Shown: one piece after another, positions 1 to 12,634 of the stretch
Layout of the letters: each line of letters opens with the position of its first letter
How positions within the stretch are numbered: position 1 is the first letter of the stretch
Source of the DNA: an uncultured Gemmatimonadaceae bacterium
GTDB taxonomy: Bacteria > Gemmatimonadota > Gemmatimonadetes > Gemmatimonadales > Gemmatimonadaceae
Direction: 5' to 3'
Length of the DNA: 64,000 nucleotides
Assembly (NCBI GenBank): GCA_963790305.1
Contig: CAWBOC010000006.1
Location: 224,001 to 288,000, forward strand
The notes under the pieces: model-generated
Database searches by the model: none
Seen by the model: only the letters and a program-made list of their open reading frames with translations
Told to the model about the DNA's origin: nothing
Made by a program: the position numbers and the translations under genes

Positions 1-398
1 TCGACCGTCCCGGGGCGGGAAAGCAACCGTGCGACGGCGCCGAGCACCTGGAGGTAGCGCGCCGCCAACCGAGGGGGAGCGACGATCATCAGCGCGATGC
101 GCGCGTGCTGCACCTCTTCGGCGCCAAGCTCGCGCACGATGTCCCGCGGGGCGACGCCGAGCGCCACCGCGAGCTCCTTCACGGCATCGGTGCGGAAATG
201 AATGAGAAACGCGCGCTCACCCATGGCGACAATGTCCTCGCCGCGCATTTCGTTGATTCGCTGCGCCAGCTTCTCGGGGTTCGCGATCGCGCCCGTGGAC
301 TGCAGCCGCTCGTGGAGCGCACTCGCCGCTTCGCGAAGCGTTCCGGCATCGAGCGGCACGAGCACTCGATCGGGGCGAACGACGTCGGCGAGCTTCAT
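1..398 (-). CDS. PTS EIIA type-2-like domain protein (3' end runs off the window)
   Basis: Manual translation from the ATG overlapping the sucD stop (ATGA): [32 protein letters not shown]...[14 protein letters not shown]...[26 protein letters not shown]. It follows the EIIA(Ntr/Fru) pattern, with a His where EIIA has the phospho-His. Not in the ORF track because it is truncated. Confidence 0.65.
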   Translation of the reverse strand, partial: MKLADVVRPDRVLVPLDAGTLREAASALHERLQSTGAIANPEKLAQRINEMRGEDIVAMGERAFLIHFRTDAVKELAVALGVAPRDIVRELGAEEVQHARIALMIVAPPRLAARYLQVLGAVARLLSRPGTV

Positions 399-1267
399 CG
401 CGCTCGCTGGCGAACGAGGTCCACGACATCGACGGGGCGCTTCGCCACGCCCATGCCCGCGTCCTCGAACGCGGCAATCTTTTCCGCGGCTGTGCCAGCC
501 GATCCCGAGATGATGGCGCCGGCGTGTCCCATCCGGCGTCCCGGCGGTGCCGTTTGGCCGGCGATGAATCCGACCACCGGCTTCTTCATTTTTTCCTTTA
601 CAAAGCGAGCGGCATCCTGCTCATCCGTCCCGCCGATCTCGCCGATCATGACGACCGCTTTCGTGGCGGGATCGCGCTCGAACGCATCCAGGCAATCGAT
701 GAAGTTGGTCCCGTTGATCGGGTCACCCCCAATGCCGACGCACGTCGTCTGGCCGAGACCGGCGCGTGTGAGATGGTATACGACCTCGTAGGTGAGCGTT
801 CCGGAGCGGCTCACGAGCCCAATGGGGCCCGGCGCGCAGATGCGGCCCGGAATGATGCCGACCTTGGATGAACCTGGAGAGATGAGGCCCGGGCAGTTCG
901 GGCCGATGAGCCGCGCGCCGCGCGCCTTCACGTACGGGTAGACACGGGTCATGTCGAGCACCGGCACGCCCTCGGTAATGCAGACGATCAGCGAGAGTCC
1001 GGCGTCGGCCGCCTCCATCATGGCATCCGCCGCGAACGGAGGGGGCACGTAGATCACCGTCGTGTTCGCCTTCGTCTCCCGCACTGCGTCAGCGACGGTG
1101 TTGAAGATCGGCACCGTGTTCTCGAACCGCTGGCCGCCTTTCCCCGGAGTGACGCCGGCCACGACCTTCGTGCCGTACTCGATCATCTGCTTCGCGTGAA
1201 ACGATCCATCGCGGCCGGTGATTCCCTGCACCACCAGGCGAGTCGAGTTGTCGATGAAGATGCTCAC
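395..1267 (-). CDS. sucD: Succinate-CoA ligase subunit alpha
   Basis: [21 protein letters not shown] and RMGHAGAI (phospho-His) motifs. Confidence 0.98.
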   Translation of the reverse strand: MSIFIDNSTRLVVQGITGRDGSFHAKQMIEYGTKVVAGVTPGKGGQRFENTVPIFNTVADAVRETKANTTVIYVPPPFAADAMMEAADAGLSLIVCITEGVPVLDMTRVYPYVKARGARLIGPNCPGLISPGSSKVGIIPGRICAPGPIGLVSRSGTLTYEVVYHLTRAGLGQTTCVGIGGDPINGTNFIDCLDAFERDPATKAVVMIGEIGGTDEQDAARFVKEKMKKPVVGFIAGQTAPPGRRMGHAGAIISGSAGTAAEKIAAFEDAGMGVAKRPVDVVDLVRQRAR

Positions 1268-2409
1268 GCGCGTTCCCCTGCCGTGGCGAGCTCGACGGCG
1301 CGCTGCACGGCCGCATCCATCTCGGTCATCGCCGAGAATCCGTGCTCCTGAAGAATCTTGACGGCGACCTCCTCGTTGGTACCCGTCAAGCGAATCACGA
1401 TCGGCACGCGCAAGGGCGACGCCTTCGTCGCCGTCACGATTCCGTTGGCGACATCGTCGGTGCGGGTAATGCCGCCGAAAATGTTGAACAGAATCGACCG
1501 CACGTGCGGATCACTGGTAATGATCTGGAGTGCCGCGACGACCTTTTCCGGATTCGAGGAGCCGCCGATGTCGAGGAAGTTGGCGGGCTCACCGCCGTAG
1601 TACTTGACCAGGTCCATGGTGGCCATGGCGAGCCCCGCCCCGTTCACGACGCATCCGACGTTGCCATCGAGCTTGATGAACGTGAGCCCCGCCTCACGAG
1701 CGCGCACCTCGGCGGGATCTTCCGCGGTCTCGTCGCGCAGAAGCGCCAGCTCCGGGTGGCGATCGAGCTCGTTGTCATCGACTCCCATCTTCGCGTCCAG
1801 CGCCACCACCTCTCCCGCCGGCGTCGTGACGAGCGGATTGATCTCGGCCAGCGATGCCCCGCTGGCCCAGAACGCCGTGTACAGCTGCTGCATGATCTTC
1901 GCGGCGGCGCGAGCCTGCTTGATGTCGGAGTAGAGAAAGAGCCCCATCTGCAACGCCTGAAATGGTAGCAGACCATAGACCGGATCGACCGGCAGGCGCA
2001 TGATCTTGTCGGGGGTCTTCGCAGCGACTTCCTCGATGTCGATGCCGCCGGCGGGGCTCACCATGAACACCGGGCGTTTCGACGCGCGATCGACGATGAT
2101 CCCGACGTACGCCTCAGTCGCGATATCGGCGGCCGGTGTGACCAGGACCTTGTGGACCGTCAGACCCTTGATCTTCATCCCGAGAATCTTCGACGCGATC
2201 TCGCGCGTTTCCTCGGGAGTCTTAGCGAGCTTCACCCCGCCCGCCTTTCCGCGCCCGCCCGCATGGACCTGCGCCTTCACCACTACCGTACCCGCATACC
2301 GTCGCGCGAGCGCCTCCGCCTCGGTGGGCGTCGTCGCGACGCCACCCGGAGGAATTGGAATGCCGTGGTGCCGAAAGATCTCTTTGGCCTGGTACTCGTG
2401 AATGTTCAC
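1264..2409 (-). CDS. sucC: Succinate-CoA ligase subunit beta
   Basis: [43 protein letters not shown]. Confidence 0.98.
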   Translation of the reverse strand: MNIHEYQAKEIFRHHGIPIPPGGVATTPTEAEALARRYAGTVVVKAQVHAGGRGKAGGVKLAKTPEETREIASKILGMKIKGLTVHKVLVTPAADIATEAYVGIIVDRASKRPVFMVSPAGGIDIEEVAAKTPDKIMRLPVDPVYGLLPFQALQMGLFLYSDIKQARAAAKIMQQLYTAFWASGASLAEINPLVTTPAGEVVALDAKMGVDDNELDRHPELALLRDETAEDPAEVRAREAGLTFIKLDGNVGCVVNGAGLAMATMDLVKYYGGEPANFLDIGGSSNPEKVVAALQIITSDPHVRSILFNIFGGITRTDDVANGIVTATKASPLRVPIVIRLTGTNEEVAVKILQEHGFSAMTEMDAAVQRAVELATAGERA

Positions 2410-3374
2410 TGGTTCTCCGCCGTGATCGTCGTACCGGCTTCTCCGCGCACTGCGTCGCGGCCCCGGCTCAACTCCGTGATGACCGCCCGGCCACCGGTGC
2501 GCCGAACGAAATCGACCGCCGCCCGCACCTTGGGGCCCATGCTTCCTTCACCAAACGTACCGTCCTCATCGAGGCGCTCGGCATCGTCCGCCGTTAGGCG
2601 TTCGAGCCGGCGCTGCGAGGGCTTGCCGTAGTCGAGATACACCGCGTCGACATCGGTGAGAATGATAAGCAGCCGCGCATCGAGATCGCGCGCGAGAACG
2701 GCCGCGACCAGATCCTTATCCACGACCGCATCGACGCCTTCCCACCCGAGTATCGCGTCTCGGTAGACCGGAACCCCTCCCCCACCTCCCGCGACGACCA
2801 CCGTACCGGCCTCGACGAGCCGCCGAATGCTCTCCAGCTCGTGAACCGCGATGGGCCGCGGGCTCCCGACCACGCGACGCCAGCGTCCTCGTGCGTCGCG
2901 CTTCACCGACTGCCCTTCCGCGATCAGCGCCTCCGCCCGCGCATTGGGAATGCCATGACCGATGAACTTGGTCGGCTCCATGAGCGCCGGATCGTCCGGC
3001 GAAACGTGCACCTGCGTGATGATCGTCGCGACCTCACGCTCGCTTCCATGTCGTCGCAACGCGTTCTCCAGCGATTGCTGAATCATGTACCCGATCCACC
3101 CGGCCGTCGCCGCCACGAGCACGCCGAGCGGGTTCGTGGTCACCTCGGCACGCGCCAACTCGTTTCGAACCAGCTCGTCGCCAACCTGCGGTCCGTTCCC
3201 GTGCACGATGCACAGGTTCCAGCCGTCGAGTGCCAGGTCGACGATCGGTCCAAGCGCCGCGCGCGTGTGACGAAATTGGTCGTGGATGCTCGACCGCGCG
3301 GACGCCGGCGCCAGCGCGTTACCGCCGACAGCGATCACGGCGGTGGCCGGTTCCGAGGGCTCGGGCTGCGTCAT
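2406..3374 (-). CDS. arcC: Carbamate kinase
   Basis: AVGGNAL, HGNGPQVG, PTKFIG, GGGGVPV, AVVDKD, GSMGPKV. Confidence 0.93.
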   Translation of the reverse strand: MTQPEPSEPATAVIAVGGNALAPASARSSIHDQFRHTRAALGPIVDLALDGWNLCIVHGNGPQVGDELVRNELARAEVTTNPLGVLVAATAGWIGYMIQQSLENALRRHGSEREVATIITQVHVSPDDPALMEPTKFIGHGIPNARAEALIAEGQSVKRDARGRWRRVVGSPRPIAVHELESIRRLVEAGTVVVAGGGGGVPVYRDAILGWEGVDAVVDKDLVAAVLARDLDARLLIILTDVDAVYLDYGKPSQRRLERLTADDAERLDEDGTFGEGSMGPKVRAAVDFVRRTGGRAVITELSRGRDAVRGEAGTTITAENQ

Positions 3375-3419
3375 GGGATCGGGCGCCGCAAGCTATTCAG
3401 CCCCTGCGAAGGGTGCAAG

Positions 3420-5901
3420 CTAACGGGGCGGCCGCGCGAGAAGGGCGCCAAGTGCGTCGTACGCTTCACCGAACGCCGGCCAGTCGCCGCGTCGCAGGGC
3501 GTCGCGCATCGCCTCGTACAGCCGGCTCGCGCGCAGGCGCAATGACTCATCGCTAATCGGCTCCGCAGCATTTGGGTCGATTACAGCCGTCACGCCGTAG
3601 GCATCCGCGAGAGTGCGCCCGGTGAACACGCTGTCCTGGTCGAGCACGCTGACTCGGAGCAACGCCGGGGGCCCTTCTGGAGGCCACGCATACGCCGATT
3701 GCACGAAGGCCAGGCGGTCGCTCAGCGGAACGACGCGTACACGGCCGGCGCGCAGTGAGGGCTCACGCGGGCGACCAGGAAGCGAGTCTCGCGTCTGACG
3801 CAGCCGATCGAGGACGTCGTTCCATCGGATCGCGTGGCCCTGGCGCTCGAGCCAGTACGTTCCGCGCCCGCGGCCGCCTGTGGCGATAACGACCCCGCGC
3901 ACACCGCCAGCATCGTCGAGCACCGGGATCGTCCACGCAGCAGCCTCGTCGGAGACCGGTAGCACGATCGAGGCGGACGAAGGCCCCACGAGCCCGCTGT
4001 CGGCACCCTCCTCCGCTGGGAGCGTGGCCGCGCGGAGCCGGTTCGCCCCGACGTCCATGGCGGGCGAGAACACCGGCCTGCAGATGTCCGGCGTCCAGCG
4101 CAGGCGGGATCGCAGCTGCGATGCTCGTTGGTACGCGCGACCAGTCGGAAAAGAGCGTTGGAAAACGCCGGACCCAACTCAGGGCGATTGGATCGAGCGC
4201 GGAGTCCGCCACCAGCGTTACGACGCCGGTATATGCATCCACGAGTGCCGTGGCGGCGTGACGCACGTAGCTGAACTCCTCACCCCCGAGCGTGACATGC
4301 TGGCTGACGGGGTAATTCGCGGACGCGGAATACAGATCGAGCGCCCAGAGAAGCCGGCCCTCGCGGGCGATTGGCGTGACGTTGCGTCCTTGTACAAAAA
4401 AGGGTGCGAGAGCGCGCACACGCTCTCGTACGCCGCGGCGTCGAACGATGCGCGGCGTCGGTCGCGGCGGCGCGCTGACGAGCAACCGGAAGTTTTGAAG
4501 GCTCCACGCATGCGCGAGTCGTGACAACGTCGTCGTCAGCGCCGGGGCGGCGAGCGTGCCGCTGGTATCAGGTACGACCACGTAGCTCGTTGCGCCGTCG
4601 TAGACGATCGGGGTGGGAATGGCGTTCGATTCGCGCGCGGACCGCGGGCTTTCGCGAATGCGCACCGGGTCGCCCCGCACATCGGCTGCGGATGCGAGAA
4701 CGCGTGCAAGCGTCCATCGGCCTGCCGCCAAGGTGTCCGACGGTGGTCCAGGCGCGTTCACGACCGTGGCGAGGACGCCGGAAGGCGCCGCGGTCATCGC
4801 GAGAGCGTGCGTCGTGCCTTCGCTTTCCCGAGAGCGCGACATCCATCGGGCGAGGGCCGACTGCTCCCACACGGCAACCGATTGCGTCGCGTCCGCGCGT
4901 GACGGGATGAGCATCGCGGGGGCCGCGTTTCGCACGAGGTCGATTCCGTAGGCCCGTCGGGTGTACATCGTCCGCGTCGTGACGTACGCCCGCGCTCGCT
5001 CCGCCGAGTCCGGATCGCCCCGCCCGATCAGGGGTGGAATCGCGCGATCCAGCACCAGGCTCAGCAGGAGGACTGTCCCGATGCCGATAAAGGCGATCTT
5101 GACCTGACCTGTCCAGCCGAAGATTACCACCAGCACCGCTGCGACGAGCGTCAGAACCGAAAGACCCAGATTGATCGGAATGCGCCCGTCGAGATCCGAT
5201 GGCGTGAGCGCTCCCGCGTCCCCGGTACCGGAGAGTAAGACCTCGAAGGCGTCGAGGCGGTGGCTCCAGGCGAGCGTCATCATGAGCACCGCGCAAAGGA
5301 CGACGAGGTGCCGCCGCACGTAGTTCGAGATGTGCAGGCGCCCCCGTTCCCATCGCAGGCTCGGAGTGAGGGCGTAGAGAAAGATGACGAGAACCGTCAC
5401 CAGGAGCGCGGCGATCACCGACCAGTAGTAGAGCTCGCGCTCGACCGGAAGCCAGTACACGTAGAACCCGAGGTCGGTCTGAAAGTGCGGATCGGCCTCG
5501 TTGAAGGGCACTCCGATACGCGAAAGCATGAATCCGGTCCACGTCTCGGCGGGGAGGGTCACGAGGGCGCCGAAGAGCAGCGCGATGGCCGCCGCAACCG
5601 CGAGGAGGTAGGGCGATGGGACCTCCTCGGCGATCTCGATGTTGCCTAACCGGCGTGGGAGGCGCAGCGACACCACTGTCCGGCGCACGGCCCACAGGTT
5701 GGCGAAGATGAAGGCGGTAGCGACCGCACCGGAGGCGAGCCGCAACGTGGTGACCGTGGCAAACCGTGCACGCCACAGCGGCAGGGCGCCCATGGCTTCA
5801 AACCACCGGAAGTCAGCGTACGCTGCGGACAGCGCGCGCCCGGCCAGAAGCGCTAGGGCGATTCCTCCGATCGCGAGGAGCCACCAGCGCCTTGCTTTCA
5901 C
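3420..5901 (-). CDS. UPF0182 family membrane protein (one +1 frameshift at ~4005-4024)
   Basis: N-terminal TM region with WFEAMG, DPHFQTDLGFY, TRRAYGI, RERVRALAPF, YVRH..VDAYTG. The C-terminus (LRRGDWPAFGEAYDAL) continues in ORF 3420-4073. Confidence 0.85.
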
Positions 5902-5902
5902 G

Positions 5903-7273
5903 CTAGACCGTCACGCCCTGGGTGCGAAGCCACCCCTCCATCTCATTGCGGATGGCCGAGAGGCGCTCCGGCGTGCGTGCCTCGAAGCGCGTGACGAGTA
6001 CCGGCTGGGTATTGGATGCGCGAATGAGGCCCCAGCCGTCACCAAAGTTCACCCGCACGCCATCCACGCCGATCGTATCATACTTCGCTGAAAAGTGGCT
6101 GACCGCGCGATCGACGAGCGCGAATTTCAGCGATTCGGGGACTTCGACGCGAAGCTCCGGCGTGCTGACGAATTTGGGGACATCAGCCAGAAGCTCAGTG
6201 ACACTCTTCCCCGAATCCGCGACAATGCGCAGAAGTCGTGCGGCACCATACAGCGCGTCGTCGTGCCCGTAGAATCCTTCGGTGAAGAACATGTGGCCCG
6301 ACATCTCGCCAGCGATCGGAGCGCCAAGCTCCTTCATCTTGTCCTTGATCAACGAGTGGCCCGTCTTCCACATGACGGGCGTTCCGCCGGCTTTCTTGAT
6401 CGCGTCCGGCAGTGCCTGCGAGCACTTCACGTCGAAGATGATCGACTGCCCGCGCCCGGCTCGGGAGAGGACGTCCCGCGCGTAGAGAATCAAGACGTGG
6501 TCGCCCCAGACGATGCCACCTTTGTCGTCGATCACACCAATGCGGTCCGCGTCTCCATCGAATGCGACGCCGACGTCGGCGCGGTCGCGATGCACCGCCG
6601 CGATCAAATCCTGGAGATTCTCGACGACGGTGGGGTCCGGGTGATGGTTCGGGAACGTCCCGTCGCTCTCACAGAAGAGCGTCTCGAGCTTCGCGCCGAT
6701 GGCCTTCAGGAGCTGCGGGGCGACGAGCGCGCCCGCCCCGTTCCCGCAATCCGCGACGACGCGCAGCGGACGGGAGAGCTTTCCCACTCGCTTCACGATG
6801 TCAGCGATGTAGCGGTCAATCACGTGCTCTTCGCGTACGCGTCCGCGGCCCGTCGGGAATCTGGCGGCCGTGATCACACGATAGAGCGCCTGGATCTCCT
6901 CACCATGCAAGCTCCCCTTCCCAACGCTCAACTTGAACCCGTTGTACTCCGGCGGATTGTGCGATCCGGTGATCTGGATGCCGCCCACGACATCGAGGTT
7001 GTGGAGCGACCAGTACAGTAAGGGCGTTGGGACAATCCCAACGTCGACGACGTCCACGCCCGACTCCGTGAGGCCACGGACCAGCGCATCGCGGAGCGCC
7101 TTCCCGCTGGGGCGGTTATCGCGTCCAACCGCGACAGTCCCACGCAGCCCATGGTCGGCAATGTATGCCGCGTAGCCGCGGCCGATCGCGTCGGCGGTCT
7201 CCGAATGGAGATCCTTGCCGACGATGCCGCGAATGTCGTACTGCCGGAAAATCTCTTTTACGATGCTGGTCAT
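5903..7273 (-). CDS. Phosphomannomutase/phosphoglucomutase (AlgC-like)
   Basis: IFRQYDIRG, TGSHNP, DGDADR, GEMSGH, RASNTQP; start placed at MTSIVKEIF. Confidence 0.95.
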   Translation of the reverse strand: MTSIVKEIFRQYDIRGIVGKDLHSETADAIGRGYAAYIADHGLRGTVAVGRDNRPSGKALRDALVRGLTESGVDVVDVGIVPTPLLYWSLHNLDVVGGIQITGSHNPPEYNGFKLSVGKGSLHGEEIQALYRVITAARFPTGRGRVREEHVIDRYIADIVKRVGKLSRPLRVVADCGNGAGALVAPQLLKAIGAKLETLFCESDGTFPNHHPDPTVVENLQDLIAAVHRDRADVGVAFDGDADRIGVIDDKGGIVWGDHVLILYARDVLSRAGRGQSIIFDVKCSQALPDAIKKAGGTPVMWKTGHSLIKDKMKELGAPIAGEMSGHMFFTEGFYGHDDALYGAARLLRIVADSGKSVTELLADVPKFVSTPELRVEVPESLKFALVDRAVSHFSAKYDTIGVDGVRVNFGDGWGLIRASNTQPVLVTRFEARTPERLSAIRNEMEGWLRTQGVTV

Positions 7274-7325
7274 CGTGTCCACTCGCGAGGCAGGAACACC
7301 GTGCGGCTGCCCGAACGACCGTGCG

Positions 7326-8846
7326 TCAGCGCGGAGTCGCCGGCGCGCGAGGCAGGTCCTCGGACAGGTGCACCAGTTGCGGAAGGCTGCGGCGCGCAAC
7401 GCGCAGCACCGGCTGCGGCCAGATGCCGACGACGAGCAGGACGATCGCGCACGTCGCGATGACGAATCGCGTCATCCCGGGCACCCGCACCGGACTCGGC
7501 GCGTCAGCCGGCCGGGCCTTCATGAACATCACCATGACGACGTACAGATAGTAGCCTGCGGAGACGAGGCTGGTGAGCACGACCCAGATCGCGAGATTCG
7601 TCTGTGACGGCGGGCGCAGCGCAGCCTGCAGGACGTACCACTTCGCGAAGAACCCCATACCGCCGAAGATCGGGAATCCCAGCAGAGCGAGCATGAACAC
7701 CGCCATGGCGATCGACAGCCCTGGGCGCACACGCCACAATCCCGCGTAGTCCTCGATCTGTTGGCCGCGTTCCCCGGTCTGGGCGAGCGCCATGACGACG
7801 GCGAACGCGCCCATCGTCGCCAGGGTGTACGCGAAGACGTAAAAGAGGTAGGCCGATGCCCCTTCGAAGTTGCTCACCACCACCGCGACGAGCAGATACC
7901 CCGCGTGCGCGATACTCGAGTACGCGAGCATCCGCTTGATGTTCTTTTGCGCCAGAGCGACCACGTTTCCGACGATCATCGTAAAGACCGCCAGGTACCA
8001 AAGCGGCTTGTGCCAGGCCGCGTTCAAGTACGGGAACGCCTCCATCCAGATGCGCAGGAATACCGCGAACGCCGCCGCCTTCACCGCCGCCGCCATGAAT
8101 GCCGTCATCGGAGTCGGAGCGCCCTCGTAGACATCGGGCGTCCACATGTGGAACGGCGCGGCCGCCACCTTGAAGCCGAGTCCCACGACGAGCAGGCCAA
8201 CCCCCGCGAGGAGCATGGGGTTGTTGGCGAGGCCACGGGCGAGAATTGCCGCGCCAATGTCGGCGATGTTGGTGCTCCCGGTCGCTCCGAATACGAGCGC
8301 GATTCCGTACAGGAGGAATCCGGTCGAGAATGCGCCGAGCAAGAAGTATTTGAGAGCGGCTTCAGCGGCGCGCCCGCTCCGGCGGTTGAGTCCCGCCAGC
8401 ACGTACACCGCGATCGACATGAGCTCGATGCCGAGGAACACGATCATCAGATCGCGCGCGGCGGCCAGAAGCATCATGCCGGAGGTCGCGAACAGGATGA
8501 GCACGTGCGCCTCCGCCACATCGATGCGCTCCCCCTCGAGGTAATCCATGGAGAGTGCAATCGCCAGGATGGCGCCGAGCAGAATGAGCACGTCGGTTGC
8601 CCACCGGAATGGGTCCACCGCGATGACACCGCGGGTCGCCGTGTGCCCTGCCCACCACATGTAAATGACGCCCGCGAGTGTAAGAATGCAGAGCGCGATG
8701 CTCCATCGCCCCACCGCGCGCTGGCGTTCGGGCGTCTCAGCGCCCCACGCGCTCGCCAGTAGAAGTATCAGCGTACCCGCCATGAGCAGCAGGTCGGGCG
8801 CGAGCGCGAAGGTGAGCTCGAGCGGAAGATCGAGATCGAAGCGCAT
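7326..8846 (-). CDS. nuoN: NADH-quinone oxidoreductase subunit N
   Basis: EAALKYF, FKVAAAPFHMWTPDVYEGAPT, KRMLAYSSIAH. Confidence 0.96.
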   Translation of the reverse strand: MRFDLDLPLELTFALAPDLLLMAGTLILLLASAWGAETPERQRAVGRWSIALCILTLAGVIYMWWAGHTATRGVIAVDPFRWATDVLILLGAILAIALSMDYLEGERIDVAEAHVLILFATSGMMLLAAARDLMIVFLGIELMSIAVYVLAGLNRRSGRAAEAALKYFLLGAFSTGFLLYGIALVFGATGSTNIADIGAAILARGLANNPMLLAGVGLLVVGLGFKVAAAPFHMWTPDVYEGAPTPMTAFMAAAVKAAAFAVFLRIWMEAFPYLNAAWHKPLWYLAVFTMIVGNVVALAQKNIKRMLAYSSIAHAGYLLVAVVVSNFEGASAYLFYVFAYTLATMGAFAVVMALAQTGERGQQIEDYAGLWRVRPGLSIAMAVFMLALLGFPIFGGMGFFAKWYVLQAALRPPSQTNLAIWVVLTSLVSAGYYLYVVMVMFMKARPADAPSPVRVPGMTRFVIATCAIVLLVVGIWPQPVLRVARRSLPQLVHLSEDLPRAPATPR

Positions 8847-8850
8847 CAGC

Positions 8851-10429
8851 TCAGTTCCCCATCCGTGACGCGCCGGTGCGCTCCGTGGCTCCGCGCTCCA
8901 CGTCAGAAATGAACTGTGCGGCCGACCGTTCCATCCGATCGAGAATCGGCTTGGGATAAATGCCGATCCACAGAATCGGAATCACCAGGGCAACCATGAT
9001 GACCATTTCTCGCACGTTGAGATCGGTCAGTCGCTCATTCTCGACGTTGGTCACTGGCTGGAACAGGATACGCTGAATCGCCCAGAGCAGATACGCCGCG
9101 GCGAAGATGACCCCTGTCGTCGCGATGACGGTCCATATCGGCTGCGTGCGGAAGCTACCGAGCAGCACGAGGAATTCGCCGACGAAGCCGTTTGTGCCAG
9201 GAAGCCCGATCGGAGCTGAGTGAGACGATCGTCAGCATGGCGGCAAAGAGCGGGACGACGCGGGCGATTCCGCCGTAGGAATCGATCATCCGGCTGTGGC
9301 GGCGCTCGTAGATCATGCCGATGAGAAAGAAAAGCGCGCCCGTCGAGATGCCGTGGTTGATCATCACCATCAGGGCGCCCTGCACGCTCTCGAGCGTCAG
9401 CGCCAGGATGCCGAGCATCACGAACCCGAGGTGACTGACGGACGAGTACGCCACGAGCTTCTTGAAGTCCGGCTGCACCATCGCGACCAGGGCGCCGTAG
9501 ATGATGCCGATGACTGCCAGCGCCAACATGGTCGTGCGCACGGCGGGCGACATCGCGACGTCGGGGAACAGCGGCATCGCGAAACGGAGAAAGCCGTACG
9601 TGCCCATCTTGAGCATGATGCCGGCGAGGATCACCGATCCGGCCGTTGGAGCTTCCACGTGCGCGTCAGGGAGCCACGTGTGGAAGGGGAACATTGGCAC
9701 CTTCACCGCGAACGCGAGGAAGAAGGCGCCGAAGAGCATCAGACCCGCCGTCCGACTCACATCAATGCTGCGCAGCAGCGCGTCATAGCTGAACGTCGGG
9801 CTGCCGGCCTGCCAGGTCTGAATCCACAGGTAGAGGATCGCCACCAGCATGAGCAGCGAGCCGATCATCGTGTAGAGGAAGAACTTGATGCTGGCGTAGA
9901 GGCGCCGTTCCCCGCCCCAGATGCCGATGATGAAGTACATCGGGATGAGCATCACTTCCCACATCACGTAGAACAGAAGCAGATCGAGCGAGATGAAGAC
10001 GCCGATCATGCCCGTCGTGAGCACGAGCAGGAGCGCGTAGTAGGCCGGCAGCTTCTCGCGCACGCTCGTCCAGCTGCCGAGCACCGAGAGCGGCATGATG
10101 AAGGTCGTCAGCAGGATCATCATCAGCGAGATCCCGTCGATGCCGACGACGAAGTTGGCGCCCCACTCGGGGATCCAGGGCTTCATGACCACGTTCTGCC
10201 AGGTACTGCGTGCCGGATCGAACGTCCACCACAGTCCCGCCGAGACGATGAACTCCACCACCAGCGTGACGAAGGCGATGACGCGCGCGCTCGCGGCGTT
10301 GGCGATGTCGTCCGCGCGTCCACGGCCGATCCGCGCGACGTAAATCAGGATCGCGCCGACAATGGGAATGAGCAGCAATGCGGGGAGGACCCACCGCTCG
10401 TAGCCAATGTCGGCGAGGAATTCGAGCAT
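8851..10429 (-). CDS. nuoM: NADH-quinone oxidoreductase subunit M (+1 frameshift at ~9211-9213)
   Basis: [29 protein letters not shown]. Removing one base restores [17 protein letters not shown] and joins ORF 8851-9168. Confidence 0.95.
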
Positions 10430-10432
10430 GGC

Positions 10433-12634
10433 CTAACGAAGGGTGAAGGCGCCGAGCACGACCAGCACGCCGAGGACGATCGCCCAGGCGTAGGTACTGA
10501 CGCTCCCGGTTTGCAGATACGAGCCCACTCGCCCGAAGAAGCCCATCAGCTTTGCACTGCCGTTCACGATCAGGCCGTCAATGAGCCACTTGTCAGTGAC
10601 GGTCCACAGGAGCCGGCGCGAGACGCCGACCACCGGCTGCACGATGGTGCGGTCGTAGGCCTCATCGACGTACCACTTGTTCGCCAGGACACGCGCAAAG
10701 CCACGCTCCGGCACGGCCTGGTCTTTTGTCACCAGTCGCGCCGGCTTGAGGCGCAGAACCGCGAAGAGAATGCCCGCGACCGCAATCGCCACCGCCGCGC
10801 CGATGAGGAGGTACTCCGTCGCATGCTCGAGGTGGACGGCCTCACCTCCCGTGACGGCGAGGCTCGGCGCGCCGACGACGGGATCGAGCCAGTGATGCAG
10901 CCACTGCGGCGGACCGAGAAAGCGCATGAGCTCTGGAATGTTCAGCCACCCGCCGATCGCGCTGAGGATGCCCAGCACCACCAACGGCAGCGTCATCACC
11001 CACGGCGCCTCGGCCAGGTGTGATCGCTCGGTCTCTCCGGTCCGGTTCGGACCGTGGAAGGTGTAGATCATCATCCGCGTCATGTAGATCGCGGTGAGCA
11101 GCGCGGTGAACAGCCCGATGGCGTAGATGGCGTACAGCAGCGCACCGCCGGGAATGCCTAACCAGCTGGCGTCGGCAAGGGTGGAGTGTCCCGCGCGCGC
11201 GAACACGCCAGCCAGAATCTCATCCTTGGAGAAGAAGCCGGAGAGCGGCGGAATGCCCGAGATCGCGAGGGTCGCGATCCACATCAGCGCAAACGTCCAC
11301 GGCAGGTAGCGTCGGAGGCCGCCCATGTTGCGCATGTCCTGGGCGTCCGCATGGGAATGCGTGGCGTGATATGCGCGGTGCATTGCGAAGATCACGGAGC
11401 CCGACCCGAGGAAGAGCAACGCCTTGAAGAAGGCGTGCGTGACGAGATGGAAAATACCAGCCGCGTACGCACCCACGCCGACCCCGACGAACATGTAGCC
11501 GAGCTGCGATACGGTCGAATACGCGAGGACACGCTTGATGTCCCACTGCTTGAGTCCGATGGTCGCGGCCAGCAGCGCCGTCAAAGCGCCCACCACCGCC
11601 ACGGTCAGGCTCGCCACGGGCGAAAGCGCGAACAGGACGGCGCTGCGCGCAATCAGGTAGACGCCGGCGGTGACCATCGTCGCCGCATGGATGAGCGCGG
11701 AGACGGGTGTCGGGCCAGCCATTGCATCCGGCAGCCAGACGTACAGGGGAATCTGCGCGCTCTTGCCCGCGCATCCGAGAAAAAAGAACAGGCAGATCGC
11801 GGTGACGATGGCCGGCGCGAGATCGCCAGCGCGCTGCGAGATGCCGACGAAATCGAGCGCCGCGATGTTCGCGTAGAGCAGGAACATCGCGACGAGAAAG
11901 CCGAAGTCCCCGATTCGATTGACGATGAAGGCCTTCTTCCCGGCGTCCGCGTTGGCCGTGTCGCTGAACCAGAACCCGATCAGGAGGTAGGAGCAGAGTC
12001 CCACTCCCTCCCAGCCGACGAACATGACGGGGTAGTTCGCGCCCAGGACGAGCACGAGCATGAAGAAGACGAACAGATTGAGATACGCGAAGAACCGGGG
12101 ATATCCGGGGTCGTCGCGCATGTACCCGATACTGAAAAGGTGGATGAGCGCCCCGACTCCCGTGATCACCAGCACCATGATCATCGACAGCTGATCCAGC
12201 TGGAACGCGGCCTCGATGCGGAAGGCGCCCACTGGCATCCAGGTGAAATAGCGCTGCACGAACGGCTGCTCGAGGTGGTTCGCGCTCGCCATCGCGCCGA
12301 ATATCGAGGCCGCGAGGCCGAACGCGGCGAAGAGCACCGCGGGGCCGATGATGCTGGCAAGGCCGGCGAACCGGTGGCGTGGTGGCGCGTGGTGCGCGGC
12401 GTCGCCAGGCGTGTGCGTGGTATCGGCGTGCACCGCCTCATGCCCGGCGGCGTGAGCGTGCGCGGACTCGGCGGCTGGATCGGCAGGCCCGCGATGGTAC
12501 GCTGACACGATCGCGAGCAGCCCGTTGAGCAGAAACCCGAGGAGCGGAAGCAGTGGGAGCAGCCACATCCAGTCGGCCACGGTCCCACTGAGAGGGTGCC
12601 CGGTCGTCGCGGCGACTTCCTGAAGGAGCATCAC
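10433..12634 (-). CDS. nuoL: NADH-quinone oxidoreductase subunit L
   Basis: [57 protein letters not shown]. Confidence 0.97.
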   Translation of the reverse strand: MMLLQEVAATTGHPLSGTVADWMWLLPLLPLLGFLLNGLLAIVSAYHRGPADPAAESAHAHAAGHEAVHADTTHTPGDAAHHAPPRHRFAGLASIIGPAVLFAAFGLAASIFGAMASANHLEQPFVQRYFTWMPVGAFRIEAAFQLDQLSMIMVLVITGVGALIHLFSIGYMRDDPGYPRFFAYLNLFVFFMLVLVLGANYPVMFVGWEGVGLCSYLLIGFWFSDTANADAGKKAFIVNRIGDFGFLVAMFLLYANIAALDFVGISQRAGDLAPAIVTAICLFFFLGCAGKSAQIPLYVWLPDAMAGPTPVSALIHAATMVTAGVYLIARSAVLFALSPVASLTVAVVGALTALLAATIGLKQWDIKRVLAYSTVSQLGYMFVGVGVGAYAAGIFHLVTHAFFKALLFLGSGSVIFAMHRAYHATHSHADAQDMRNMGGLRRYLPWTFALMWIATLAISGIPPLSGFFSKDEILAGVFARAGHSTLADASWLGIPGGALLYAIYAIGLFTALLTAIYMTRMMIYTFHGPNRTGETERSHLAEAPWVMTLPLVVLGILSAIGGWLNIPELMRFLGPPQWLHHWLDPVVGAPSLAVTGGEAVHLEHATEYLLIGAAVAIAVAGILFAVLRLKPARLVTKDQAVPERGFARVLANKWYVDEAYDRTIVQPVVGVSRRLLWTVTDKWLIDGLIVNGSAKLMGFFGRVGSYLQTGSVSTYAWAIVLGVLVVLGAFTLR

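Noticed and set aside
9296..11023. Long antisense/shadow ORFs (also 36310-37980, 50707-52278, 55087-56475, 61467-63044)
   Set aside because: They overlap well-supported genes, have no recognisable motifs and are explained by GC-rich codon bias.
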